A stretch of DNA of 64,000 nt from the NCBI GenBank assembly GCA_963708985.1, contig CAVPUQ010000006.1, positions 327,451 through 391,450 on the forward strand. The letters are read 5' to 3'. Numbering within the stretch: position 1 is the first letter of the stretch; each line of letters begins with the position of its first letter. Positions 39,217-49,392 of the stretch are shown piece after piece. The DNA comes from an uncultured Actinomycetes bacterium (lineage in GTDB: Bacteria > Actinomycetota > UBA4738 > HRBIN12). A program made the translations under genes and the position numbers. Under the pieces are notes generated by a model that was given only the letters and a program-made list of their open reading frames with translations, searched no databases and was not told where the DNA came from.

Positions 39217-40197
39217 ATGTACAGCAAGCGCTTCTGGCCCATGCTGGCGCTCGTCGCGGTGCTGGCGCTCGTCGCGGCCGCGTGCGGTGAGGACGAGGAG
39301 CCAAGCGGTCCGACGGCCCCGACGGCCCCGACCGGGGCCACGGCGACGGGTCCACTGCGACTGGACCGGCCGAGCCCTGCGATACGGCCGGGGCCGGGGA
39401 CCTGCTCGCCAGGATCTGCTCGGATGGAGTCATCAGGGTCTCGACCGACCCGGCCTACCCGCCGCAGTCCTTCCTGAACGATCGGACACGGGCGAGTACG
39501 AGGGGTTCGACATCGACGTGGCCACGGAGATCGCGAACCGACTCGGGGTCGACGTCGAGTGGACGGCTCCGTACTGGAACCTGATCATCGCCGGGCGGCT
39601 GGAACGACCGCTGGGACATGAGCGTCGGGTCGATGACGGTCACTCCCGAGCGGGCCGAGGTCCTGTGACTTCACCCCGGCGTACTACTACACGCCGGCCG
39701 CCGTCGCGGTGCACGAGGACAACACGACGATCCAGCGATCTCGAGACCGACCTCGACGGGAAGAAGATCGGCGTCTGCGGTGGCTGCACGTACGACTACT
39801 TCCTCCAGAAGACCCTCGAGATCCCGGGCTACACGTTCGACTTCATCATCGACGACGCTCGAGATCGTCACGTACGACACCGACTCGACCGGCGATCCAG
39901 GACCTGACGCTCGGCGACGGGGCACGACTCGACGCCGCCATCTCCTCGGTAGACGGTCATCGAGGGCGCGATCGACAAGGGCAAGCCGATCAAGATCGTC
40001 GGTGACCCGATCTTCTACGAGCCGCTCGGCGGTCGCGTTCGACAAGAGCGCGCAGCTTGGACGAGCCAGCCTGCTTGCGAGGCGGTCAGCGACGATCGTC
40101 GACGGAGATGCACGCCGACGGCACGCTGTCGGACATGTCGATGCAGTGGTTCGGGCACGATTACACGGTCGCGACAGTGACCGTGGGGGAGGCGTGA
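39217..40197 (+). pseudogene. Polar amino-acid ABC transporter substrate-binding lipoprotein (family 3); about 13 shifts as read
   Basis: ATG 39217 follows AAGGAGGGGG. MYSKRFWPMLALVAVLALVAAAC. Recognisable pieces are scattered over all three frames: GVIRVSTDPAYPPQSFLND, GEYEGFDIDVATEIANRLGVDVEWTAPYWNLIIAG, WNDRWDMSVGSMTVTPERAEVL, DFTPAYYYTPAAVAVHEDNTTI, DLDGKKIGVCGGCTYDYF, AVAFDKSAQL, EMHADGTLSDMSMQWFGHDYT. Stop at 40195-40197. Confidence 0.8.
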
Positions 40198-40198
40198 A

Positions 40199-41261
40199 GT
40201 GACGACGGAGGCAAGGGGCGACCGGAGCGGTCCGGCCCCCCGCCCGTCGTGGCCAGGCGAGAGCGGCTCGAGCTCGTAGCTGCGCGGGTCCCGTTCTGGG
40301 TCGAAGCTGACCGTCGTCTGGATCGGCATCTTCGCGTCCTGGGGTTCTTCTTCTCGGCGGCGGACTTCGACGCCGCAGTGGATGCGGGACAAGTTCTCCT
40401 TCATCGCCCGCGGGCTGACTTGGACGGTGATCATCGTCCGCTCTGGCGATCGTGCTCGCCTGCTTCCTGGCACTGCTCGGGGCCCTCGGCCGGCTGTCGA
40501 GGAACTCGATCGCCTACGGCGTGACCGGCTTCTACACCTCGTTCTTCCGAGGTACGCCGCTCATCGTGCAGATGTTCCTCATCTACCTCGGGCTGCCGCA
40601 GATCGGGCCGCCCTCGGCGACCCGTGGCTCGACTGGCTCACCTTCGACCGCGTCACGGCCGGCGTCATCGCGCTGGGCCTGAACTACGGCGCGTACATGA
40701 CCGAGATCTTCCGCGCCGGCATCGTGTCGGTCGGCCACGGGCAGGCGGAGGCCGCCGACGCGCTGGGATGACGTACCGGCAGAAGATGCGCCGTGATCGT
40801 TCTGCCCCAGGCCTTCCGCGTGATCATCCCACCGACGGGCAACGAGTTCATCGCGATGATGAAGGACTCGGCGCTCGTGAGCTTCCTCGGGAACGGTGTC
40901 GCGCAGATGGAGATCTTCCGCCGGGCGCAGCTGGTCGGGAGGGCGAGCTTCCGGAACCTCGAGGCGCTGATCGTCGCGGCGCTCGATCTACTGGGCGCTC
41001 ACGACCGTGTTCCAGTACTTCCAGGGACGACTCGAGAAGCGACTGTCGAAGGGCTACGTCCGCGGCGCCGCGACCCCGGCGGCGAAGCCGAAGGCCGGCC
41101 GGGTTCGTCCCCGGCCGCGGGGTGGTGGCGGCGGAGGCGGAGCCGGGATGGTCGAGATACCCACCCTCGAGGGCGGGGCCGGGCCCGGCCCGGACGAGGC
41201 CACCGCTCGGACCGAGGCCGCCGAGCACGAGTACGAGCACGAGCCGGGAGCCGAGACGTGA
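40199..41261 (+). pseudogene. Polar amino-acid ABC transporter permease (HisM/GlnP-like); about 8 shifts as read; low-complexity C-terminal tail
   Basis: Pieces: FSFIARGLTWTVIIV (ORF 40382), LACFLALLGALGRLSRNSIAYGVTGFYTSFFRGTPLIVQMFLIYLGLPQIG (ORF 40452), VIALGLNYGAYMTEIFRAGIVSVGHGQAEAADALGM, VLPQAFRVIIPPTGNEFIAMMKDSALVSFLG (ORF 40793), FQYFQGRLEKRL (ORF 41007..41261). The start is approximate. Confidence 0.76.
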
Positions 41262-42024
41262 CGGCCGCCGACGACGTCGTCCTGCGCGTCGAGGACCTGC
41301 ACAAGACCTTCGGGCACCTCGAGGTGCTGAAGGGGATCGACATGGAGGTCCATCGCGGCGAGGTCATCGTGGTCTTCGGGCGATCGGGCTCCGGCAAGAG
41401 CACGCTGCTGCGGTGCATCAACTTCCTCGAGGAGCCCACCAGCGGCACGATCGAGGTGGCCGGGATCAAGCTGGAGGGCGGGCACCGGACCCGGCACAAG
41501 CGGGAGCAGATCCGTCAGTTGCGCATCCGGGCTGGGATGGTGTTCCAGGACTTCCAGCTCTTCCCCCACATGTCGACCGTCCACAACGTGATGGAGGGCC
41601 CGGTGACGGTGAAGGGGAAGAGCGAGGACGAGGCTCGCGGGCTCGCGACGTACTTCCTCGAGCGCGTCGGGATGGCCGACAAGGCGGAGGAGTATCCCGA
41701 TCCGGCTCTCCGGCGGCCAGAAGCAGCGCGTCGCCATCGCCCGGGCGCTCGCGATGGAGCCCGAGGTGATGCTCTTCGACGAGCCGACGTCGGCGCTGGA
41801 CCCCGAACTGATCGGCGAGGTCCTCGAGGTCATGAAGTCGCTCGCGACCGAGCTCCACATGACGATGATGGTCGTCACCCACGAGATGGGCTTCGCGCGC
41901 GAGGTCGCGAATCGCGTCGCGTTCTTCCACGAGGGGATCATCCTCGAGGAGGGGTCCGCCGGAGCAGATCCTCCTGAACCCGCGCTCCCCCGAGACCAAG
42001 CGCTTCATCGACGCGGTGCTGTAG
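41258..42024 (+). pseudogene. Polar amino-acid ABC transporter ATPase (GlnQ/HisP-like); two +1 shifts as read (~41700, ~41957)
   Basis: GTG 41258 overlaps the permease stop. LRVEDLHKTFGHLEVLKGIDMEVHRGEVIVVFGRSGSGKSTLLRCIN. After the shift: [34 protein letters not shown]. The tail is [22 protein letters not shown], with the stop at 42022-42024. Confidence 0.9.
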
Positions 42025-42034
42025 CGGTCACGCG

Positions 42035-42050
42035 CCGTCGTTCGCGACGG
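42035..42050 (+). terminator. Short GC hairpin with UUCG loop just after the ABC ATPase gene
   Basis: CCGTCG (42035-42040), TTCG, CGACGG (42045-42050). Lies 11 nt after the stop codon. No U-tract. Confidence 0.3.
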
Positions 42051-42473
42051 GGGCTTCGCGGCTGGAGTTCGCGGCTGGAGCGAGGAGAGCGACGGACCGA
42101 GGAGCCTTTGGGGCCGCTCACGCCTTCCCCAAACGCGAGCGATCCCTACTCGGTTCCTCGGTCCGTCAAAAGGTGGCCCCAAGCGACCCGGTGGCCGGTC
42201 GGCCGGTCCGAGCTCCGTGTCGGTGGCGTTCCCGAGGACTCGCGCCCTCCGAACCGCCGGTCCTTCTCGGAGCCGTTCCCCGCCTTCCGGTCCCAGCGGC
42301 CGCTTGGGACCGGAGCGAACAGTACCCACGCGGCCGATGCGTGTCAATCGGGCGGGAACGCTTGCACCACAACATGTATCGAGCAGCGTTCGCAGGTAGC
42401 GCCGTGCGTCGTTCGGGCGAAGAAAGAGTGACAAACGGACGGAAGTTGCGGCCACGGAACGCGGCCCGCGTCG

Positions 42474-43327
42474 TCAGGGGTCGGATCGCTCGATCGCGTG
42501 GACGGCGTGCGCCGCGATCGTGGGTTGCGGGCGGAAGTACAGGGTCCCGATGACGAGGAGGTAGCCGATCCACGCGAAGAGCTCGAGGACCGACGGGTCG
42601 GAGTTGTAGCCGAGGAGCCCGCGCAGCACGTGCCGATGCCGCGGTCGTCCGCAAGCACGGATGAGAGATCGAACGCGGTCGTCTGGAAGAAGGGCAGCCA
42701 CCCCGCTTCCTGGAGCTCGTGGATCGAGAAGGCGAACAAGCCTGCGGCGACGACGATGAGGATCGAGCCCGTCACGCGGAAGAAGGTCCGGAGGTTCATG
42801 CGGATCCCGCCGCGGTAGAGCAGCACCCCGAGGACGACCGCGAGGCGAAGACCGAGGAGCGCGCCCGCGATCTGTCCCCCGACGCCCCCGGTCTCGACGG
42901 CGGTGCCCTTCGCGGCGGCGTACAGGAACAGCGCCGTCTCGACGCCCTCGCGCAGGACCGCTGTGAACGCGAGGGCCGCGAGCGCGAGGCCGCCTGCGAC
43001 GAGCGCCGTGTCGACCTTCTCCTGGAGCTCAGACCTGATGCGCGCGCCCTGGCGGCGCATCCAGAAGATCATCCACGTGAGAACGCTCACGGCGGTGAGG
43101 GTGACCAGGCCCTCGAAGAGCTGCTCGGCGGTCCCCTCGAACTCGCCACCGAGCGCGAAGATCACCGTGCCGACGACGGCCGAGATCCCCACCGCGAGCC
43201 CGGTACCCCACCAGACGAGATGCATACGGTCCCGGCGGCCGAGCTGCTTCAGGTAGGCCAGCAGGATGGAGACGATGAGCGCCGCCTCGATGCCCTCGCG
43301 CAACGCGACGATGAACGCGGCTCCCAC
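42474..43327 (-). pseudogene. FTR1/EfeU-family high-affinity iron permease; one -1 shift as read (~42635)
   Basis: GTG 43327 follows AGGAGG. Two REXXE motifs (REGIEA, REGVET) and multiple TM segments. The C-terminus continues in ORF 42474..42701 (HVLRGLLGYNSDPSVLELFAWIGYLLVIGTLYF). Confidence 0.82.
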
Positions 43328-43475
43328 CGGGACCTCCTGGCTCGCGGACGGCCCTCGCCCGCTCGGGCGGGTCGAATCCTACTGAGGAGGTCGGATTCGC
43401 GTCAAGGTCATCCGGATGCCGGCGAGCACCGGGGTGCGGCTCGGGACGTCATCGGCGTGGAGTAGCATCGCGCCG

Positions 43476-46118
43476 GTGGTGAAGGACGCGGACCCCGCCA
43501 AGCGGCTCTTCCTCCTCGACGGGCACAGCCTGTCGTACCGGGCGTTCTTCGCCTTGCCGACCACCCTGATCACCAGCAGCGGTCAGGTGACCAACGCCGT
43601 CTACGGCTTCACCTCGATGCTCATCAAGCTACTCGCCGAGGAGCGGCCCGACCTCATCGCGGTCGCGTTCGACGTCGGGGCGCCCACCGTTCGCCTCGAG
43701 AAGTACGCCGAGTACAAGGCGGGCCGCCCGGAGGCGCCGGACGAGTTCCGCCAGCAGCTCGGGCTGATCGTCGAGGTCCTGGAGACGCTTCGGGTACCGG
43801 TGGTCGGCATCGAGGAGCACGAGGCCGACGACGCGATCGCCACGCTCGCGCTGCGGGCGCTCGAGCGGGGCATCGAGGTCGTGATCGTGACCGCGGACCG
43901 CGACTTCTTCCAGCTGGTCCGCCCCGGGATCTCCGTGATGTTCAACGTGAAGGGGATCTCGGACATCCGCCGCTACGACGAGGCCGCCGTGCTCGAACGC
44001 TTCGGGCTCCCACCGTCGAAGTACCTGGACTACGTCGCGCTGAAGGGCGATCCCTCCGACAACATCCCCGGGGTGCCAGGCGTGGGGGAGAAGACGGCGT
44101 CCAAGCTCGTGCAGGAGTTCGGCTCGATCGAAGAGCTCCTCGGGCGCACCGAGGAGCTGAAGGGGAAGCTGCAGACCTCGATCGAGGACGCGAGGGACCA
44201 GCTCGAGCTGAACAAGGACCTCGCGCGGCTGAACACATCGGTCGACCTGCCGATCGAGCCCGAGGACTGCGTGATGGGCGAGTGGGACGTCGAGGCGGTA
44301 CGCCGGCTCTTCATCTCGCTCGAGTTCCGAACGCTCCTTGATCGACTCGAGGAGGTCGGACGTTCGGCGAAGGCCGCGATCGACACGGCGGAGCTCGACC
44401 TCCGCGAGACCTCGGTCGGCGAGCTCGCGCCACTCCTCGCCTCCGACGCGCCCAAGGCCATGCGCCTGGAGCTCGACGGGCGAGCGGCGCACGGCGTGGC
44501 CGTGTCCACGGGCGGGGGCCAGGCAGCGTACGCGTCCCTGAGGTCCCTCGGTGACGTAGCGGACGCGCTCGCCGGCGATCGCACCGAAGTGGCTCCACGA
44601 CGCGAAGGATGCCGAGACCGCGGCGCTCGCGGTCGGTACGACCCTTCGGGGTGTCTCGTTCGACACGATGCTCGCTGCCTATCTGCTCGACCCCGCCACG
44701 CCCACGTACGAGATCCGGGCGCTCGCGCGAGCAGTACCTCGGGACCGACGTCGTCGGAGCGGCGGCGGACGAGACCGAGGGGCAGCTGTTCGGCTCCTCG
44801 TGGCGCGGGGTCGCGGCCGAAGCAGCGGCGATCGCGCTCCTCGCGCCGGAGATGGCCGAGCGTATGGACAGGGCCGGCCTGCGGGCGCTGCTCGACGACG
44901 TCGAGCTGCCGCTGTCGTCGGTGCTCGCGCGGATGCAGGCGCGGGGCGTGGCGCTCGACGTCGGGTACCTCGACGCGATGGCGCAGGACATGCGCGGCGA
45001 GATGGCCACGCTTCGAGCGCAGATCTACGAGGATGCGGGGGAGGAGTTCAACCTCAACTCGCCGCCGCAGCTCCGCACGATCCTGTACGACAAGCTCCGT
45101 CTGTCGCCCGGCAAGACGACGCCGAAGGGCCAGCTCTCGACCGACGCAAGCGTGCTCGAGAAGCTCCGCGACCAGCACCCGATCGTGGACGCGCTACTGC
45201 AGTGGCGCGAGTACGACAAGCTGAACTCGACCTACCTCGAGGCCCTGCCCCGGCAGGTCGACCCGACCGACGGGCGGGTGCACACGACGTTCAACCAGAC
45301 CGGCGCGGCCACCGGACGGCTGTCGTCCTCGAACCCGAACCTGCAGAACATCCCGGCCCGTACCGAGCTCGGCCGGCAGATCCGGCGAGCCTTCGTGCCG
45401 GGAGCGCCCGACCAGGTCCTGCTGGTCGCCGACTACTCGCAGATCGAGCTGCGGATCCTGGCGCATCTCGCACAGGACGAGGGCCTGGCGGCCGCGTTCG
45501 GGGCGGGGCAGGACATCCACGCCGCGACGGCCGCCAAGATGTACGGGTTGCCGCTCGAGCAGGTCGATGCCTCGATCCGGAGCCGGGCGAAGGCCGTCAA
45601 CTACGGGCTCGCGTACGGGATGAACGCGTACGGGCTCGCCACACGTCTGGAGATCACGCCGGACGAGGCGCAGGAGTTCATCGACGCGCTACTTCGCCAG
45701 CTTCCCGCAGATCAAGGACTACCTGGACCGCCAGGTCGGCCAGCGCCACGGCCGACGGGTTCACCGAGACGCTCCTCGGCCGTCGCCGCTACATCCCGGA
45801 GCTCCAGGCCTCGAACCCTCGGGTGCGCGACATGGGCCGGCGGATGGCGCTGAACGCCCCGATCCAGGGCAGCGCCGCCGACGTGTTCAAGCTCGGGATG
45901 CTGGGTCGACGCGGCGCTCCGCGCGTCGGACCTGGACTGCCACATGCTGCTCACCGTGCACGACGAGCTCGTGTTCGAGGTCGCGGAGGCCGGGGTCGAG
46001 GAGGCCGCGGCGCTCGTGACGGCGCGAGATGGAGTCGGCGCTACGAGCTACGGTGCCGCTCCAGGCGGACATCGGCTGGGGCTCGAACTGGGCCGAGGCC
46101 GTCCCGGCGGGCCACTGA
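43476..46118 (+). pseudogene. polA: PolA, DNA polymerase I; six +1 shifts as read
   Basis: GTG 43476. The 5'-nuclease domain is intact (LFLLDGHSLSYRAFFALP, VTADRDFFQL, GDPSDNIPGVPGVGEKTA). Joins lie at ~44586, ~44727, ~45689, ~45744, ~45904 and ~46025. Polymerase motifs are present across frames (LLVADYSQIELRILAHL, RSRAKAVNYGLAYG, LLTVHDELVFEV). Stop at 46116-46118. Confidence 0.93.
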
Positions 46119-46127
46119 GTTGGGCCG

Positions 46128-46157
46128 TTGACGGCGTTTCCGCTGGACAACTACCAT
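46128..46157 (+). promoter_or_regulatory. Candidate promoter of rpsA
   Basis: TTGACG (46128-46133), an 18-nt spacer, then TACCAT (46152-46157). Lies 76 nt upstream of the rpsA ATG. Sequence match only. Confidence 0.3.
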
Positions 46158-46166
46158 CCCTGGGCC

Positions 46167-46219
46167 GCGAGGCGCCGCGCCACCACGGCGAATCCCACCC
46201 GCCGGGGTGGGCGCCTCGC
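46167..46219 (+). promoter_or_regulatory. Structured rpsA 5' leader (long imperfect hairpin ending 5 nt before the SD)
   Basis: GCGAGGCGC (46167-46175) pairs with GCGCCTCGC (46211-46219). An inner pair CCACCC/GGGTGG is also present. The SD GGAAGGAG follows at 46225-46232. Confidence 0.4.
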
Positions 46220-46232
46220 GCCGCGGAAGGAG

Positions 46233-47666
46233 ATGGTTCCGATCGACGAGCAGAGCCTGACGACGAAGGTCGCGCCCGAGCGCGACCTGACACCGGAGGA
46301 GCTGATCGAGGCGATGGAGGCCTCGCTCCGCGACTTCAACGATGGGGACATCCTCGAGGGCGAGGTCGTGAAGATCGACCGCGACGAGGTGCTCCTCGAC
46401 ATCGGCTACAAGTCCGAGGGCGTCATCCCCGCCAAGGAGCTCTCGATCCGCCACGACGTGGATCCGGGCGAGGTCGTGAAGGTCGGCGACCACGTCGAGG
46501 CCCTCGTGCTCCAGAAGGAGGACAAGGAGGGCCGGCTGATCCTGTCCAAGAAGCGCGCGCAGTACGAGCGCGCCTGGGGCAGGATCGAGGAGGTCATGCA
46601 GTCGGGCTCGACCATCAAGGGCCCGGTCATCGAGGTCGTGAAGGGCGGACTGATCCTCGACATCGGCCTGCGCGGGTTCCTGCCCGCCTCGCTCGTGGAC
46701 CTGCGGCGCGTCCGAGATCTCCACCCGTTCGTGGGCACCGAGCTCGAGTGCAAGATCATCGAGCTCGACCGCAACCGGAACAACGTCGTGCTCTCGCGCC
46801 GCGCGTTCCTGGAGGAGTCGCAGAGCGAGGGCCGGAAGAAGTTCCTCGAATCGCTGCAGAAGAGCGAGCGCCGCAAGGGAACGGTCTCCTCGATCGTGAA
46901 CTTCGGCGCGTTCGTGGATCTCGGCGGCGTGGACGGTCTCGTGCACGTATCGGAGCTCTCGTGGAAGCACGTCGACCACCCGAGCGAGGTCGTCTCCGTC
47001 GGCGAGGAGGTCGAGGTCGAGGTGCTCGACGTCGACCTCGAGCGCGAGCGCGTGTCACTCAGCCTCAAGGCGACGCAGGAGGATCCCTGGAAGGAGTTCG
47101 AGCGCAAGTACGCGGCCGGCGAGATCATCGACGGCCAGGTCACGAAGCTCGTGCCTTTCGGAGCGTTCGTACGGGTGGCCCAGGGGATCGAGGGCCTCGT
47201 CCACATCTCGGAGCTGTCGGACCAGCATGTCGACACGCCCGAGTCGGTGCTCTCGGTCGGGGACCAGGTCCGCGTGAAGGTCATCGAGGTCGACGTACCT
47301 CGCCGCCGGATCAGCCTGTCGATGCGGCAGGTCGGCGCGGCGATGCCGAAGCCGGCCACCGAGATCGAGGAGGAGACCGCCGCCGGCCCGGCGCCCTCCG
47401 AGGCGGAGGCCGCTCTCCCGCCGGCCGCGGCGGGAGCCGAGCCGGTGGTCGAGGTCCCGACGGAGGCGCCGAGCGTCGAGGTCCCCGCCCCCGCGGAGGC
47501 CGCGGTCGAGGTGCCGGCAGCACCGGTCTCCGAACCGGAGCCCCCCGCGGTCGAGGCGACCCCGGAGCCGGCCGCAGCCGAAGCGGCCCCTGAGCCCGCG
47601 GAAGAGGAGATCTCGCTCGAGGCGATCCTCGAGGACCTGAAGCGTCGAGAAGGCCGCACGGAGTAG
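46233..47666 (+). CDS. rpsA: RpsA, 30S ribosomal protein S1
   Basis: ATG 46233 within ORF 46128..47666. Four S1 repeats (GDILEGEVVKIDRDEVLLDIGYKSEGVIP, IKGPVIEVVKGGLILDIGLRGFLPAS, RKGTVSSIVNFGAFVDLGGVDGLVHVSELS, IDGQVTKLVPFGAFVRVAQGIEGLVHISELS) plus an Ala/Pro/Glu-rich tail. Confidence 0.96.
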   Translation: MVPIDEQSLTTKVAPERDLTPEELIEAMEASLRDFNDGDILEGEVVKIDRDEVLLDIGYKSEGVIPAKELSIRHDVDPGEVVKVGDHVEALVLQKEDKEGRLILSKKRAQYERAWGRIEEVMQSGSTIKGPVIEVVKGGLILDIGLRGFLPASLVDLRRVRDLHPFVGTELECKIIELDRNRNNVVLSRRAFLEESQSEGRKKFLESLQKSERRKGTVSSIVNFGAFVDLGGVDGLVHVSELSWKHVDHPSEVVSVGEEVEVEVLDVDLERERVSLSLKATQEDPWKEFERKYAAGEIIDGQVTKLVPFGAFVRVAQGIEGLVHISELSDQHVDTPESVLSVGDQVRVKVIEVDVPRRRISLSMRQVGAAMPKPATEIEEETAAGPAPSEAEAALPPAAAGAEPVVEVPTEAPSVEVPAPAEAAVEVPAAPVSEPEPPAVEATPEPAAAEAAPEPAEEEISLEAILEDLKRREGRTE

Positions 47667-47669
47667 CCC

Positions 47670-48281
47670 ATGCTCCTCGTCGGCCTCACCGGCGGGATCG
47701 GCTCGGGCAAGACCACCGTCGCCCGGATGCTCGAGGAGCGGGGGGCGGTGGTGTTCGATGCCGACCTCCTCGCGCGCGACGCGGTCGCGCCCGGCACGCC
47801 CGGCCACGAGCGGGTGGTCGAGCGGTTCGGGTCGAACGTGCTCGCGCCGGGCGGCGACATCGACCGTGAGGCGCTCGCCAGCACGGTCTTCGTGGACCCG
47901 GCGGCACGCCGCGACCTGGAGGCGATCGTGCATCCCGAGGTGCGCCGACTCTTCGCCGAGGGCACCGAGGTCTATCGCGACACCGATGCGGTCGTCGTGC
48001 TCAGCGCTCCGCTCCTCGTCGAGACCGGCATGCACACGGCGTTCGAGGTCCTGATCGTGGTCTCGGCTCCGGTACAGACCCAGGCGGACCGGCTCCTCCG
48101 CGACCGCGGGATGTCGCACGACGCGATCCGCAAGCGGATCGAGGCGCAACTGCCGCTCGAGGAGAAGGCCGCGGTCGCGGACATCCTCATCGACAACGAG
48201 GGCTCGCTCGAGGATCTCCAGGGGCAGGTCGACCGCGCCTGGGCGGACCTGCGGGCCCGAGCGGCCGCGTCGGCGTCCTGA
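47670..48281 (+). CDS. coaE: CoaE, dephospho-CoA kinase
   Basis: ORF 47670..48281. MLLVGLTGGIGSGKTTVARML P-loop, FDADLLAR, IVHPEV. Confidence 0.9.
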   Translation: MLLVGLTGGIGSGKTTVARMLEERGAVVFDADLLARDAVAPGTPGHERVVERFGSNVLAPGGDIDREALASTVFVDPAARRDLEAIVHPEVRRLFAEGTEVYRDTDAVVVLSAPLLVETGMHTAFEVLIVVSAPVQTQADRLLRDRGMSHDAIRKRIEAQLPLEEKAAVADILIDNEGSLEDLQGQVDRAWADLRARAAASAS

Positions 48282-48310
48282 GGCGTCCTGAGCGGCGAGG
48301 GCGGATATCC

Positions 48311-49018
48311 TTGGACGCCGTGAGCTACTCGGCGGTCTTCTTCGACGCGGGGGAGACGCTCGTCCACCCGCACCCGACGTTCCCGGACCTGTTCGCAGCG
48401 ATCCTGCAGCGGGAGGGCCACGACGTCGCCGTCGAGACGATCCGCGACCGTATCCACGTCGTCTTCGATCGCTTCAAGCACGCGGCGGACACGAACGAGC
48501 TCTGGACGACGACCCCGGAGAAGTCCCGGGTGTTCTGGCACGACGTGTACGGCATCTTCCTCCGGGACCTCGGGATCGGGAACGGGAACGGGCTCGTGGA
48601 CCGCGTCTACGCGGAGTTCACCGACCTCGCGAACTACCGCCTGTTCGAAGACGTGATGCCGGTCCTCGAGCGGCTCCGGGAAGCGGGACTCGAGCTCGGC
48701 GTCGTGTCGAACTTCGAGGCGTGGCTGGAGCAGCTCCTCGAGGAGCTGGGCGTGATCGGCTACTTCGACGTGCGGGTGATCTCGGGCGTCGAGGGGATGG
48801 AGAAGCCGGACCCTCGGATCTTCCGACTGGCGATGGACCGAGCCGGGGTGCGTCCCGAGGGATCGGTCTACGTCGGCGACAACCCCGAGTTCGACGTGGA
48901 TCCGGCCGCGGCGGTGGGGATGCTCCCGGTGCTGATCGACCGCCGCGGACGTTTCCCCGACGCGCAGGGCGTGCGCATCACCTCGATGGCGGATCTACCG
49001 GGGGTGCTCGGTCTGTGA
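48311..49018 (+). CDS. HAD-superfamily hydrolase (subfamily IA-like)
   Basis: ORF 48311..49018. Motif I AVFFDAGETL, motif II VVSNF, motif III/IV YVGDNPEFDV. Confidence 0.75.
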   Translation: MDAVSYSAVFFDAGETLVHPHPTFPDLFAAILQREGHDVAVETIRDRIHVVFDRFKHAADTNELWTTTPEKSRVFWHDVYGIFLRDLGIGNGNGLVDRVYAEFTDLANYRLFEDVMPVLERLREAGLELGVVSNFEAWLEQLLEELGVIGYFDVRVISGVEGMEKPDPRIFRLAMDRAGVRPEGSVYVGDNPEFDVDPAAAVGMLPVLIDRRGRFPDAQGVRITSMADLPGVLGL

Positions 49019-49392
49019 CCGACGACGAGCGCGTGTTCACGGTGGACGAGGCGAACGCGCTGCTGCGGGACCTGCGGGAGCGACTGGCGCGCATCCGCGA
49101 CGCCCGCGAGGTCGTGATCCGAACCTCGACGCTGGTGAAGGACCGAGTGGCGGCAGACGGCGGCGGGGTCGCCGGCGAGCCCGCGTACTTCGAGGCGGCG
49201 CGCGTGCTCCGCACGGAGCTGGAGCGTCTCGCGGAGCTCGACGTGGTCCTGCGAGACCCGCAGTCTGGGCTCGTGGACTTCCTCGGCGAGGTCGATGGCC
49301 GCCGCGTCTGGCTGTGCTGGCGGGTGGGCGAGGAGCGGGTGACCCACTTCCACGAGCTCGACTCCGGGTTCGCGGGCAGGAAGCCCCTGTGA
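49015..49392 (+). CDS. Small conserved protein, DUF2203-like
   Basis: GTG 49015 overlaps the HAD stop. VFTVDEANALLRDLRERLARIRD...DPQSGLVDFLGEVDGRRVWLCWRVGEERVTHFHE resembles DUF2203 as I recall it. Confidence 0.5.
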   Translation: MTDDERVFTVDEANALLRDLRERLARIRDAREVVIRTSTLVKDRVAADGGGVAGEPAYFEAARVLRTELERLAELDVVLRDPQSGLVDFLGEVDGRRVWLCWRVGEERVTHFHELDSGFAGRKPL

